DNA of 45,795 nt from an uncultured Alphaproteobacteria bacterium (GTDB taxonomy: Bacteria > Pseudomonadota > Alphaproteobacteria > Rhizobiales > Beijerinckiaceae). The notes below the pieces were generated by a model, which searched no databases, was not told where the DNA came from, and was given only the letters and a program-made list of their open reading frames with translations. Position 1 is the first letter of the stretch; every line of letters begins with the position of its first letter. This document shows positions 16,431 to 25,658 of this stretch, piece after piece. The position numbers and the translations under genes are program-made. The DNA is taken from contig CALMOK010000073.1 of NCBI GenBank assembly GCA_937871825.1, positions 1 through 45,795 of the forward strand, given 5' to 3'.

Positions 16431-17348
16431 TTACTGCGAGGGGTCGAGCCCGAGCATGAGGTCGATGTTCTGCACGGCGGCGCCCGACGCGCCCTTGCCG
16501 AGGTTGTCGAGCCTGGCAATCAGCACGGCATGTCGGTGCGCCTTGTTTCCGATCACGCAAAGGTCCATCCCGTCGGTGTCGTTGAGCGCCACGGCGTCGA
16601 GTTTGCCAGCCGCCGGCCAAACCGTGACGGTCTGCTGCCCGGCGTAATGGTCGGCCAGAACCGATCGTAGCGCCGCCAGTGAGGGGCGGGTCGGCAGGGC
16701 GTCGAGATGGAGAGGGATGCTGACCAGCATGCCTTGCCGAAAATTCCCGACGGAGGGCACGAACAAAGGACGTGTCGTCAGCCCCGCATAGGCCTGGATT
16801 TCCGGCAAATGCTTGTGGTCGAGCCCGAGCGCGTAAAGCTCAAAGGGCGGTGCAACGCCGGCTTCGAAATCCTCGACCATCGCCCTACCCCCGCCGCTAT
16901 ACCCGCTCACCGCGTTGATGGTCAGCGGAAAGGACGCCGGCATCACGCCGGCGTCAACAAGGGGACGCAGCAGCGCGATCGCGCCCGTGGCGTAGCATCC
17001 CGGGTTGGCGACCCGCCGACTTTGCCGGATGGCGTCGGCCTGCCCGGGCGTGAGTTCGGCAAACCCGTAGACCCAGCCTGGCGACACCCGGTGCGCCGGC
17101 GAGGCATCGAGGATTTTGGGGGCGTGGGGACCCAGTTCGTCGGCCAGTCGAACGGTTTCGCGGGACGCCTCGTCGGGCAGGCAGAGAACCACGAGGTCGA
17201 CCGCGGCCAGCAGCGCTCGCTTGGCATCCTCGTCCTTCCGGCGATCGGGCGCGATGCTGCGAAGTTCGACACCGCCGTGGCGGGTCAGCCGCTCCCGGAT
17301 CCCAAGCCCGGTCGTTCCGGCCTCGCCGTCGATAAACACGCTTGCCAT
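16431..17348 (-). CDS. argC: N-acetyl-gamma-glutamyl-phosphate reductase (type 2)
   Basis: [11 protein letters not shown], catalytic NPGCY, SGYSGGG and [14 protein letters not shown]. Confidence 0.93.
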   Translation of the reverse strand: MASVFIDGEAGTTGLGIRERLTRHGGVELRSIAPDRRKDEDAKRALLAAVDLVVLCLPDEASRETVRLADELGPHAPKILDASPAHRVSPGWVYGFAELTPGQADAIRQSRRVANPGCYATGAIALLRPLVDAGVMPASFPLTINAVSGYSGGGRAMVEDFEAGVAPPFELYALGLDHKHLPEIQAYAGLTTRPLFVPSVGNFRQGMLVSIPLHLDALPTRPSLAALRSVLADHYAGQQTVTVWPAAGKLDAVALNDTDGMDLCVIGNKAHRHAVLIARLDNLGKGASGAAVQNIDLMLGLDPSQ

Positions 17349-17404
17349 GGGCGTGACCCCCTTCGATGCCGGAACGCCTGGAAGTTAGACGACCCGATCC
17401 AAAC

Positions 17405-17430
17405 AAAAAGGGCTCCCGATGGGGAGCCCT
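17405..17430 (-). terminator. Rho-independent terminator after rplM-rpsI
   Basis: Perfect 9-bp stem AGGGCTCCC/GGGAGCCCT followed by a T-run on the minus strand. Confidence 0.8.
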
Positions 17431-17461
17431 CCTGATTCCTGGCCCTGACCGGCGCGAACGG

Positions 17462-17941
17462 TCAGCGCTTGGAGAACTGGAAGCTCCGGCGAGCCTTCTT
17501 CTTTCCGTATTTCTTGCGCTCGACCACCCGCGAGTCGCGCGTCAGAAAGCCTTCGCGCTTGAGGACGGGGCGCAATTCCGGCTCGTAATAGGTGAGGGCC
17601 TTCGACAAACCGTGGCGAACCGCACCCGCCTGCCCCGACAACCCGCCACCCGCGACGGTGATCACGAGATCATACTGGCTTGATCGCTGCACGATCTGCA
17701 GCGGCTGGTTGACGATCATGCGGAGCACCGGCCGGGCGAAATAAACCTCGATGGTCCGCTGGTTGATGGTGATCTTGCCGGTGCCGCGCTTGAGCCAAAC
17801 GCGGGCAACGGCGTCCTTCCGCTTGCCGGTGGCATAGGCGCGGCCATACTTGTCGAGCTTCTGCACATGAACCGGGGCCGAAGGGACATCGACGGCGGAC
17901 GACGTGGAAAGGTCTTGGAGGGACGAAAGCGTTTCAGCCAT
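17462..17941 (-). CDS. rpsI: 30S ribosomal protein S9
   Basis: [27 protein letters not shown] and C-terminal QFSKR. Confidence 0.98.
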   Translation of the reverse strand: MAETLSSLQDLSTSSAVDVPSAPVHVQKLDKYGRAYATGKRKDAVARVWLKRGTGKITINQRTIEVYFARPVLRMIVNQPLQIVQRSSQYDLVITVAGGGLSGQAGAVRHGLSKALTYYEPELRPVLKREGFLTRDSRVVERKKYGKKKARRSFQFSKR

Positions 17942-17943
17942 GG

Positions 17944-18414
17944 TCAGGCTACCTTCACGTTTTTGCTGTTCATGGAAGCGACATCGAGCGCAATCGGCTG
18001 CTGGGCGGCATGCGGATGCTCGGTACCCTTGTAGACCCGCAGGTTGCTGAGCTGGCGGCGACCCAGGGGGCCACGCGGGAGCATGCGCTCGACCGCCTTT
18101 TCGACGATCCGCTCCGGGAAGCGTCCTTCCAGGATGAACTTCGCCGACCGCTCCTTGATGCCGCCCGGATATCCGGTGTGGTGGTAATACACCTTCTGGT
18201 TCAGCTTGCGGCCCGTGAACACCACCTGGTCGGCATTGATCACGATGACATTGTCGCCGTCATCCATGTGAGGCGTGAAACTCGGCTTGTGCTTGCCGCG
18301 CAACCGCATCGCGATCACCGAAGCGAGGCGGCCGACCACCAGCCCCTTCGCGTCGATCAACAGCCATTTCTTTTCAATCTCGGACGTTTTCGTCGAGTGG
18401 GTATTGCCAAACAT
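17944..18414 (-). CDS. rplM: 50S ribosomal protein L13
   Basis: GRLAS, GKHKP.FTPH.D.GD and [10 protein letters not shown]. Confidence 0.98.
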   Translation of the reverse strand: MFGNTHSTKTSEIEKKWLLIDAKGLVVGRLASVIAMRLRGKHKPSFTPHMDDGDNVIVINADQVVFTGRKLNQKVYYHHTGYPGGIKERSAKFILEGRFPERIVEKAVERMLPRGPLGRRQLSNLRVYKGTEHPHAAQQPIALDVASMNSKNVKVA

Positions 18415-18475
18415 CGTGGTTCCGTTTGTTCAACGATCGCTCGGCCAGACATAGCCGGCCCAGCTTTGATGCTGG

Positions 18476-18504
18476 GTGATACAAGCCCGCAATCGCGTCG
18501 TCAA
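18476..18504 (-). promoter_or_regulatory. Sigma-70 promoter of rplM-rpsI
   Basis: Minus strand TTGACG-N17-TATCAC, about 60 nt upstream of the rplM ATG. Confidence 0.65.
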
Positions 18505-18558
18505 TGTTATGGGTCTTAGGAAAAGCGATAACGACGTGATTTCAGGTAATTGGCTTGA

Positions 18559-18576
18559 ACGGTACTGAGATACCGT
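18559..18576. promoter_or_regulatory. Palindromic operator-like site ACGGTA-N6-TACCGT
   Basis: Perfect 6-bp inverted repeat with a 6-bp spacer in the divergent rplM / CoA-binding intergenic region. Confidence 0.45.
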
Positions 18577-18694
18577 ATCATGCGCCAGATGGATTGAGAA
18601 GGATGCCGGGACGCCGATCGGTCATGGTGCCTTTGATGTTCGCTTGCGGCGGCGCGGCTCAAGACATGGCGACTGCTGACAAGGATGATCGAGG

Positions 18695-19129
18695 ATGGAC
18701 CATGACGCCTACTCTGACGATCTGCTGCGCGACATCCTCAAATCCACCCGGACGATCGCCGTGGTGGGCATATCGGACGACAAGCGGCGGCCATCCAACC
18801 GGGTGATGCACTTCCTCCTGCAGCAAGGCTACACGGTGCTGGGCGTCAATCCCAAACTCAAGCCCGACGCCATCCCCGGTCTTGCGATCTACCCGAGCCT
18901 CGCCGACGTTCCCCCGCCCATCGACATGGTGGACGTTTTCCGTGCCAACCCGGCCATTCCAGGTGTTGTCGACGAGGTTTTGATGCTTGACCCACCGCCT
19001 GCAGTGATCTGGATGCAGCTCGGTGTTCGGGTCGATGCCGAGGCCGCGCGTGCCGAACAGCATGGCCTTCTGGTCATCATGGATCGGTGCCCGAAAATCG
19101 AACACGCCCGGATCTTCGGCCAGGGCTGA
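18695..19129 (+). CDS. CoA-binding (YccU-like) protein
   Basis: TIAVVGIS...RPS, VNP, DMVDVFR, IWMQLG and MDRCPKIE. RBS GAGG. Confidence 0.88.
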   Translation: MDHDAYSDDLLRDILKSTRTIAVVGISDDKRRPSNRVMHFLLQQGYTVLGVNPKLKPDAIPGLAIYPSLADVPPPIDMVDVFRANPAIPGVVDEVLMLDPPPAVIWMQLGVRVDAEAARAEQHGLLVIMDRCPKIEHARIFGQG

Positions 19130-19137
19130 TCGACAGC

Positions 19138-20286
19138 TCACGCCTTGGCGAGTTTACGCGGCGGCATGACGGCGACGATCGACGGCCCGTCCCGGCGCGT
19201 CCGGCGCAACCGGCACCGATGCACCACGGTGGCTGCCAACACCACCATGGCGAAAGCCTGATGGGCCAAGGCCGCACCGAGTGGAACCACCCAAAGCAGG
19301 GTGGCGATGCCAATACAGGCTTGGCAGAACACCAGACCGCAAAGGACGAGCGACGAACGGGACGCCGGGCTGTTGGGCGACACGCGCCAACAATCGACGG
19401 CGGCGAAAACGGCTAGCCCCAACACCAGATAGGCCATCAATCGATGATCGAACTGCGCCGTCGTGGCGTTCTCGAAGAAATTTCGCCAGACCGGCGTGAT
19501 GAACCAGAGTTCCCCCGCTGGTGGGACGGCGTGCTCCCCCATCAACGGCCAAGTGTTGTAGATGCGGCCCGCCCGCAATCCCGCCACCAGGGCGCCAAGC
19601 CCGATTTGGACAAAGGCGGCGCAGATCAGCAGGGTCCCCGTCGCCCGGATGCGTCGCGCGGCGGCACCGAACCGGTTGGCGCGCACCGGCCGAAGGCTTT
19701 GGGCGAAACAGACCGCGAGGGCGAGCGTGGCCGAGGCGACGAGCAGGTGCAGCGCGAGCCGGTATTGTGACACTTCGGTGCGGCCGACCAGCCCGGACTT
19801 GACCATCCACCAGCCAAGCAGGCCTTGCAATCCGCCGAGGGCGAGAAGGCCGAGAAGCTTGTATTTCAGGGAGCGGGAAAGCGCGCCCGTCATCCAGAAA
19901 TAGGCGAGCGGAACCACCACCGCGAACCCAATCACCCGTCCCAACACCCTGTGGGCCCATTCCCAGTAAAAAATCGACTTGAACCCTTCCAGGTCCATGT
20001 CGGGGAAGACCTCGGCATATTGCGGGATCATCTTGTATTTGGCGAACTCAGCCTGCCAGGCCTCGACCGTCAAGGGCGGGATCACGCCGCTGATCGGCTT
20101 CCACTCGGTGATCGACAGGCCGGACTCGGTCAGCCGCGTGGCTCCGCCGACGACCACCATGGCGAGGATGAGAAACGCAACCGACCAAAGCCAGATCCGG
20201 ACCGCCTTCGACCGGTCCTCGCGAGGCCGGGCGGCAAAAACCGGGAATTCCACGATCGTCGCGTTCGTGCTCGGGCGGGTGGACAT
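19138..20286 (-). CDS. ctaA: Heme A synthase COX15/CtaA
   Basis: GGATRLTESGLSITEW, EWAHR, GWWMVKSGL, RLALHL, QFDHR and LAHQ. Confidence 0.93.
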   Translation of the reverse strand: MSTRPSTNATIVEFPVFAARPREDRSKAVRIWLWSVAFLILAMVVVGGATRLTESGLSITEWKPISGVIPPLTVEAWQAEFAKYKMIPQYAEVFPDMDLEGFKSIFYWEWAHRVLGRVIGFAVVVPLAYFWMTGALSRSLKYKLLGLLALGGLQGLLGWWMVKSGLVGRTEVSQYRLALHLLVASATLALAVCFAQSLRPVRANRFGAAARRIRATGTLLICAAFVQIGLGALVAGLRAGRIYNTWPLMGEHAVPPAGELWFITPVWRNFFENATTAQFDHRLMAYLVLGLAVFAAVDCWRVSPNSPASRSSLVLCGLVFCQACIGIATLLWVVPLGAALAHQAFAMVVLAATVVHRCRLRRTRRDGPSIVAVMPPRKLAKA

Positions 20287-20489
20287 GGAAGATACCTGTT
20301 GCGTCAGGGTGCGCAGTCAGCCGATGGTCGGCCGTTCCGGCGACGCTTCTTCCGATGTATGGTCGAGCTCCGCCTTGGTCCAGGCGCACCCTGTCGCATC
20401 CTCTTTGGATGTGCAACAGGCTAGCTGATCGTGTCCGGTTCCACCGCGGTCCGGTGGACGAAGCGGTGCAGCACGATCCAACAGCAAGG

Positions 20490-20729
20490 ATGCCGATGCG
20501 TAGACGATCGAGGAAGTTCATCGGCACGGCCGTGATGCTGATCTTCGTTGGGGTTTACGCGGTTGTGGCGATGTTGGTCGCGCAGGCCGATCTCGTGCAT
20601 CAGGCGCCTGGGTGGGTTCAGGGCGTCTTCTACGCGGTCGTGGGCCTCGCTTGGATCCTGCCCCTGATGCCGCTGATCGCCTGGATGGAGAAGCCCGACG
20701 TCGATGATCCCGCCGTGGGTTCCGTCTAG
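20490..20729 (+). CDS. DUF2842 family small membrane protein
   Basis: RKFIG..TM..FY.V.GLAWILPLMPLI.WM. Divergent from cox15; start at 20490 or 20496. Confidence 0.82.
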   Translation: MPMRRRSRKFIGTAVMLIFVGVYAVVAMLVAQADLVHQAPGWVQGVFYAVVGLAWILPLMPLIAWMEKPDVDDPAVGSV

Positions 20730-20742
20730 AATCCGCGTCCAC

Positions 20743-21798
20743 TCACGTCACGTTGACGCGCCGCCCCTTGTTCCAAAGCGCGAAGGCCGCGCCGGACATC
20801 AAGACGTCGAGGTTGCCGAGCGACTGGTGATCGCCGTTGATCGATAGGCGGGGCAGCGCCAGGAGGTGTTGCTCGTGTTGTTGGAAGATGACGCCTGGCC
20901 GGGTGGTCACCCCGCTCACGTAGCCGAGTTCCTTTGCGATTTCGAACTCGCGCTGGCCCGCCGATGTCCTGTCGCCAACCGGATAGGCGAGGTGGCGCAC
21001 GGAACGGCCCAGGCGGCTTTCCAGGATGGCCTTGGACCCGGCGAGTTCCGCTCGCACGACGGCTTCAGATCGTTTGGCCAGCCGCGGATGGCTGATCGTA
21101 TGGGCGCCAACCGTTATGAGCGGGTGCTGCGCGACGGCTTCGATGCCGGCCCAGTCGAGGCAACGCTCGGCCACGATGGTCCGGCCGTCCACGCCGTGGT
21201 TGGCGCAGAGTTCGGCGATGCGATCGAGAAGTTCTTCTTCGGGGCCGTCTCGCAATCTCCAATACAGGAACTTGAACGCCGCCAGCTTCTCGTCCGCGTC
21301 GCCGGCCGGAAGATCGTGGCGCTCACCCCCGATGGCGATCCGCACCCGGCCTGTGCGCCGCACCGCTTCCTCGAGCTCGACCCACCACAGGCGCGCCGTG
21401 CGGTCCGCGAACCCCGTCGTGACGTAGAAGACCGCCGGGGCACGGAGCCGGTCGAGCACCGGCAAGGCCCAGTCGCGGTTGTCGCGGAAACCGTCGTCGA
21501 ACGTCAGGACGGCGAAAGGTTTCTTGCGGGCTTGTCTCGACCGGAGGTGACCCAAGGCCTCGTCGAGCGTGGTGATGTCGTAGCCGAGTTGCCGGACACG
21601 GTTTATCGTCGCTTCCAGAAAGGACGGTGTGATCTCAAGAAGGCCGTTGGGCGAGAAGGAGCGGGCTTTCGCGGGCTGCACGTGGTGGAACATCAGGATG
21701 ACGCCCATGCCGCGCGTCAGCGGAGCCGCGACGCGATGAAGGCGCGTGGCGCCCATCATGCCGAAACCGGCCCTTATCAGGGATTGGCGCATCGTCAT
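20743..21798 (-). CDS. Polysaccharide deacetylase (NodB/CE4)
   Basis: ILMFHHV, LTFDDGFRD, GAHTISHP and AYPVGD motifs. Confidence 0.9.
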   Translation of the reverse strand: MTMRQSLIRAGFGMMGATRLHRVAAPLTRGMGVILMFHHVQPAKARSFSPNGLLEITPSFLEATINRVRQLGYDITTLDEALGHLRSRQARKKPFAVLTFDDGFRDNRDWALPVLDRLRAPAVFYVTTGFADRTARLWWVELEEAVRRTGRVRIAIGGERHDLPAGDADEKLAAFKFLYWRLRDGPEEELLDRIAELCANHGVDGRTIVAERCLDWAGIEAVAQHPLITVGAHTISHPRLAKRSEAVVRAELAGSKAILESRLGRSVRHLAYPVGDRTSAGQREFEIAKELGYVSGVTTRPGVIFQQHEQHLLALPRLSINGDHQSLGNLDVLMSGAAFALWNKGRRVNVT

Positions 21799-22020
21799 AC
21801 CGGATCCAACCGCCACTGTTCGGTCGGGCACCGCCGACACGCCGATCCATTCAAAGAGCCCGATCGAGATTTTTCACCCTGTTGGCGCTCCCTCGCGGGG
21901 TTCGCCCCACCCACGACCCGGCCGGCGGGGAACGAAGCTTCCCGGCCGCATGGCGCCGGGAAACGCCGGTTAACCTGAGTATAGGCAAGGCGCCGTTGAC
22001 GTTTCATTGCTAAAAAAGCC

Positions 22021-23334
22021 GTGGATCAGTTCGCTTCGCCCCGCCTGGGGCTCGCGCTCAAGCTGACCGGACAAAGCGGGATCGAGCCGCCGCGACCTGG
22101 AGAGTGGATGCGACCGGACCTCGGATATCCTTCGCTCGCCGCCAAATCGGAGGATTCCTGCCGAAGCGCCGCGACGGCCGTTTGCCGGGTTTCGGCCGAA
22201 CTCGAGCTCGCGGGTGTCGAACCGGCTTGGCGCGAGCTTGAGCGCTCGGCCGCGGCGTCGGCCTACCAGACGTTCGCCTTCGCGCTGGCCTGGTTCGAAA
22301 CCGAAGGGATCGCGGCAGATGTGACGCCGTTCATCGTGACGGCTTACGACGCCGACGATCGGCTGATCGCCCTGTTGCCGCTCGGCCTCGCCAGAAAGGG
22401 ACATTTCCGCGTGGCGCGCTTCGCGGGGGGTCGACACGCCAACTACAACCTCGGCCTGTTCAGGCCCGGCATCGGGTGGACCCCGGACGACATCCACGGC
22501 CTGCTGTCGGCCGCCGCGCGCGCCTGCTCGGCTCGGATCGACCTTTACGCCTTCACCAATCAGCCGGCGACATGGCAAGGCGACGCCAACCCGCTCGGTT
22601 GCCTCAAAGGCCAGCCGAGCCCGAGCTTCGGCCACAGCACGGCCCTGATGCTCGATCCGGACGCATTCTTTAAAAGTCACCAATCGGCACGCTCGCGCAA
22701 AAACCTCCGCAACAAGGCCAGCCGCCTCGCCGAGCTTGGACCGACCCGGTGCACGACGGCCCAATCGGCCTCCGATGTGGCAACCGTGCTGGCCATCCAC
22801 CTCCAGCAGAAAGCGGAGAAACTGGCGGCGCTCGGCGCCACGGATGCGACCGACCCCGCGATGGCGCAAGCCTTCCTGACAAGGTTGACCGAGGTGGAGG
22901 GCGACGACGGCCCCTTGCTGATGCTGCATGCCTTGATGTCGGGTGAAAGGATCGTGGCGACGTTCGGCGGCCTTTCGCACCATCGCCGTTTTTCCGGCCT
23001 CCTGATTTCCTACGATGCCGATCCCGATGTTGCCCGCAACAGCCCGGGCGAACTCCTGCTCGCCGCGGTGGTCGCCGACAAATGCCGTGAGGGTTTCACG
23101 AGTTTCGACCTCGGCGTCGGGGAAGCCCGCTACAAGGAAACCTACTGCCCGATGGTCGAGCCGTTGTTCGACAGTTTCCTGCCGATCACAGTCGCGGGCC
23201 GCTTGTTCATGGCGGGCGAAGCCATCCGCCTCAAGGCCAAGCGCGCCGTCAAGCAATCGCCCTGGGCCTGGAGCCTGGCCGGCCAGGCCCGCAGGGTCAT
23301 GCGGCGCTGCGGGCAAGCTCGGCGACGGAATTAG
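22021..23334 (+). CDS. GNAT-family acyltransferase (CelD/BcsL/HfsK-like)
   Basis: YQTFAF..W, GGRHANYN and SPGELLL...FDLGVGEARYK. True start may be ATG 22108. Confidence 0.82.
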   Translation: MDQFASPRLGLALKLTGQSGIEPPRPGEWMRPDLGYPSLAAKSEDSCRSAATAVCRVSAELELAGVEPAWRELERSAAASAYQTFAFALAWFETEGIAADVTPFIVTAYDADDRLIALLPLGLARKGHFRVARFAGGRHANYNLGLFRPGIGWTPDDIHGLLSAAARACSARIDLYAFTNQPATWQGDANPLGCLKGQPSPSFGHSTALMLDPDAFFKSHQSARSRKNLRNKASRLAELGPTRCTTAQSASDVATVLAIHLQQKAEKLAALGATDATDPAMAQAFLTRLTEVEGDDGPLLMLHALMSGERIVATFGGLSHHRRFSGLLISYDADPDVARNSPGELLLAAVVADKCREGFTSFDLGVGEARYKETYCPMVEPLFDSFLPITVAGRLFMAGEAIRLKAKRAVKQSPWAWSLAGQARRVMRRCGQARRRN

Positions 23335-25468
23335 CCCCGAGATCCACCGCCACGACGTCCGGCACGCCGGCGGCGTAGAGCTTGGCCCGGGTATCGTCGA
23401 GGCTGACGCGGGGCAAGGTCGGGGAAACCAGCAGCACGGCGAGATCGAAACGATGGCCGCTCTCCACGGCCCGGCCCGACAGGGCCGAGAACGGCATCGC
23501 CAGAACGACGTGGTCGTAGGTTTCCGCCAAGGCGTCAACTACGAGGTCGAAGGTGTCGCCGCCAAGGGACGTGTGGCTTCCGGTTGAAACCACGTGAAGG
23601 CGGGAAAGTGGGTCGCGGTGGATGACCTCCGCGAAAGTGGCGCGACCGGCCAACAGGTCGTTGAGGCCGAGATCGGTCCCCTCGCCTCCGTCGCGCGACC
23701 CCAGCAAGGTCGTCAAGCCGGGCGTCGATGCCCCGCAATCAACCAGAACGGTCCGTGATCCGCTGGCAAGCGTCCGGGCGAGGTCGAGCGCGGCCGGCAT
23801 GACGGAGGTTTCATTCCCGGTGCCCAACACGGCGACGCAATCACCGCCATGGGCTTTCCTGTGAGCGTGAATGACGTTCAGAACGGTGCTGAAATTCGTC
23901 GACGACGCGCTGGCCACCTCCCTGGCGAGCTCGGAACGTTGTGACGGCCCCTCGCCCGCAAGGGTCGGCCGAAAGCTGGCGCGGGCGAGTTCGTCGCCGT
24001 CGCGCTCCATCCCGGCGACCTGCACCGGCAGGATGCGCGCACCCGGCTCGACGGCGAACGCCCGGCCTGACAATAGTTCCCGGCCGATCAGCACGCCGCA
24101 TGACACCACGAGACCCGCGAGCGTGAAGATGGCGATCATCGGGCCCTTCTTGGGGAAGGACGGCGTTTCGGGCGAAACCGCGCGGGAGATGATCCGAGCA
24201 TCGGCCGGCGTCGAGGCCGCGCTTTCCCGCGCGATCGCCTCCTGGTATTTTTGGGTGTTGAATTCCAGCTGGTCCTTGAGCAGCCGGGCTTGTGACTCGA
24301 GCTCGCGCAGGCTCACCTCATCGGCGCTCGCCGCCGTGGCGGTCTGCTTCTGGCTGTCGAGCTCGGCCTTAAGGTTGTCCACCCGGCCAGCCGCGATATG
24401 GGCCTCGTTCTCAAGGGTGCGAACCGATTTCTCCGCCGCGGCCCGCATCTGCTGTTCGAGGTCGGCCAGTTGCGCGCTCAACTCCTGCATGCGCGGGTGG
24501 CCCGGCAGGAGTGTCCTGGACTGCTGGGCGATCTGCGTCTTCAGCGTGATCCGCTGGTCGGAGATCCGACGAACCAGATCGTTGTTGGCGACGTCCGGCA
24601 CCTCGCCGATCCGGTTGGCGCGGATCATGTCGCGCAGGATCTGCGCCTTGGCTTGCGCGTCGGCCTGCGCGGTGCGGGCCTGGCCAAGCTGTGTGCTGAC
24701 CTCAGCAAGTTGCTGGGCGGTGATCGTGGTGTTGTTGGTGCCGATCAGCAGGCCGTTTTGGGCCCGGTATTCCTGCGCCTTTGTGTCGGCTGCGGCAGCC
24801 CTGACCTTGATGTCGGCGATCAGCGTCGCGAGTGACTCGGCGGCGTTGTGGGCGCTGGCGCGCTTGTTGTCGGACTGAAGGTTGATGTAGAGGCTCGACA
24901 CCGTGTTGGCGGCCTTGGCGTCCAGATCCGGGTCATGCGCGGTGAACTGGATGCTGAGCACGCGCGACCTGACGAGGGGATAGACCGTCAACTTGTCGTA
25001 GTAGGAGGTCAGGATCCGCTCGTCGGAGGCGACCTGCAGAGGATCGCGTTCGAGGCCGAGCAGGACCAGCAGGCGCGTCACCGGACCCGGTCCGCCGGCG
25101 AGCGGATCGAACTCCGGATTACCTTGAAGGTTGAGCAGCTTGATGGCGTCGCGCGCGATGTCGCGCGAGGACACCAGTGGCACCTGGCTTTGAACGGCTT
25201 CGTCGTCCGGCAGCTGAACGGTTTCGCGCTCGCCGCGATCCGGGCGCGTGAAGAAGTTTTCCTGGTTCTCGATCAGGATCTTGGATTCGGCGGTGTAGCG
25301 CGGTTCGACGACGTTCACGCCGACGAGGGCCGCCAGAAAACACAGAGCCGTTGGCACGAAGACCCACGAGCGACGACGCGACAGCGTCCGCCTGATCGCC
25401 GCAAGGTCGAGTTCGCCCCGAACGCCACTACCCTGGCGCGCCAAATCGTTTTCGCTCTCGCTCCGCAT
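23297..25468 (-). CDS. GumC/Wzc-family polysaccharide co-polymerase with degenerate kinase domain
   Basis: TM-PRYTAESKIL, periplasmic coiled coil with LPGHPRM, DARIISRA..PSFPK-TM, then a CpsD-like domain lacking Walker A. Confidence 0.88.
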   Translation of the reverse strand: MRSESENDLARQGSGVRGELDLAAIRRTLSRRRSWVFVPTALCFLAALVGVNVVEPRYTAESKILIENQENFFTRPDRGERETVQLPDDEAVQSQVPLVSSRDIARDAIKLLNLQGNPEFDPLAGGPGPVTRLLVLLGLERDPLQVASDERILTSYYDKLTVYPLVRSRVLSIQFTAHDPDLDAKAANTVSSLYINLQSDNKRASAHNAAESLATLIADIKVRAAAADTKAQEYRAQNGLLIGTNNTTITAQQLAEVSTQLGQARTAQADAQAKAQILRDMIRANRIGEVPDVANNDLVRRISDQRITLKTQIAQQSRTLLPGHPRMQELSAQLADLEQQMRAAAEKSVRTLENEAHIAAGRVDNLKAELDSQKQTATAASADEVSLRELESQARLLKDQLEFNTQKYQEAIARESAASTPADARIISRAVSPETPSFPKKGPMIAIFTLAGLVVSCGVLIGRELLSGRAFAVEPGARILPVQVAGMERDGDELARASFRPTLAGEGPSQRSELAREVASASSTNFSTVLNVIHAHRKAHGGDCVAVLGTGNETSVMPAALDLARTLASGSRTVLVDCGASTPGLTTLLGSRDGGEGTDLGLNDLLAGRATFAEVIHRDPLSRLHVVSTGSHTSLGGDTFDLVVDALAETYDHVVLAMPFSALSGRAVESGHRFDLAVLLVSPTLPRVSLDDTRAKLYAAGVPDVVAVDLGANSVAELARSAA

Positions 25469-25658
25469 GAAAATCCTCGACCGATCACTACCGAACAGCA
25501 GGTGCCGGACGAAACGCAGCCGGGAAGAAAACCCGATCGGCACGTCCACCTCGATGCCGATTAAACCGGATGGTTATTGAGGCTCTGTTAACCGTAACGC
25601 GAATTAGCGGGTTTATCGCAGGAACAACCGTCGCGCCGGTCACACCGCCGTCAGGCAC

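Noticed and set aside
18490-18517. dif-like 11-6-11 sequence CAATCGCGTCG-TCAATG-TTATGGGTCTT
   Set aside because: The right arm resembles a XerD arm, but the left arm lacks the inner ATAA needed for the dyad. The sequence is already explained by the rplM -35 box and spacer.
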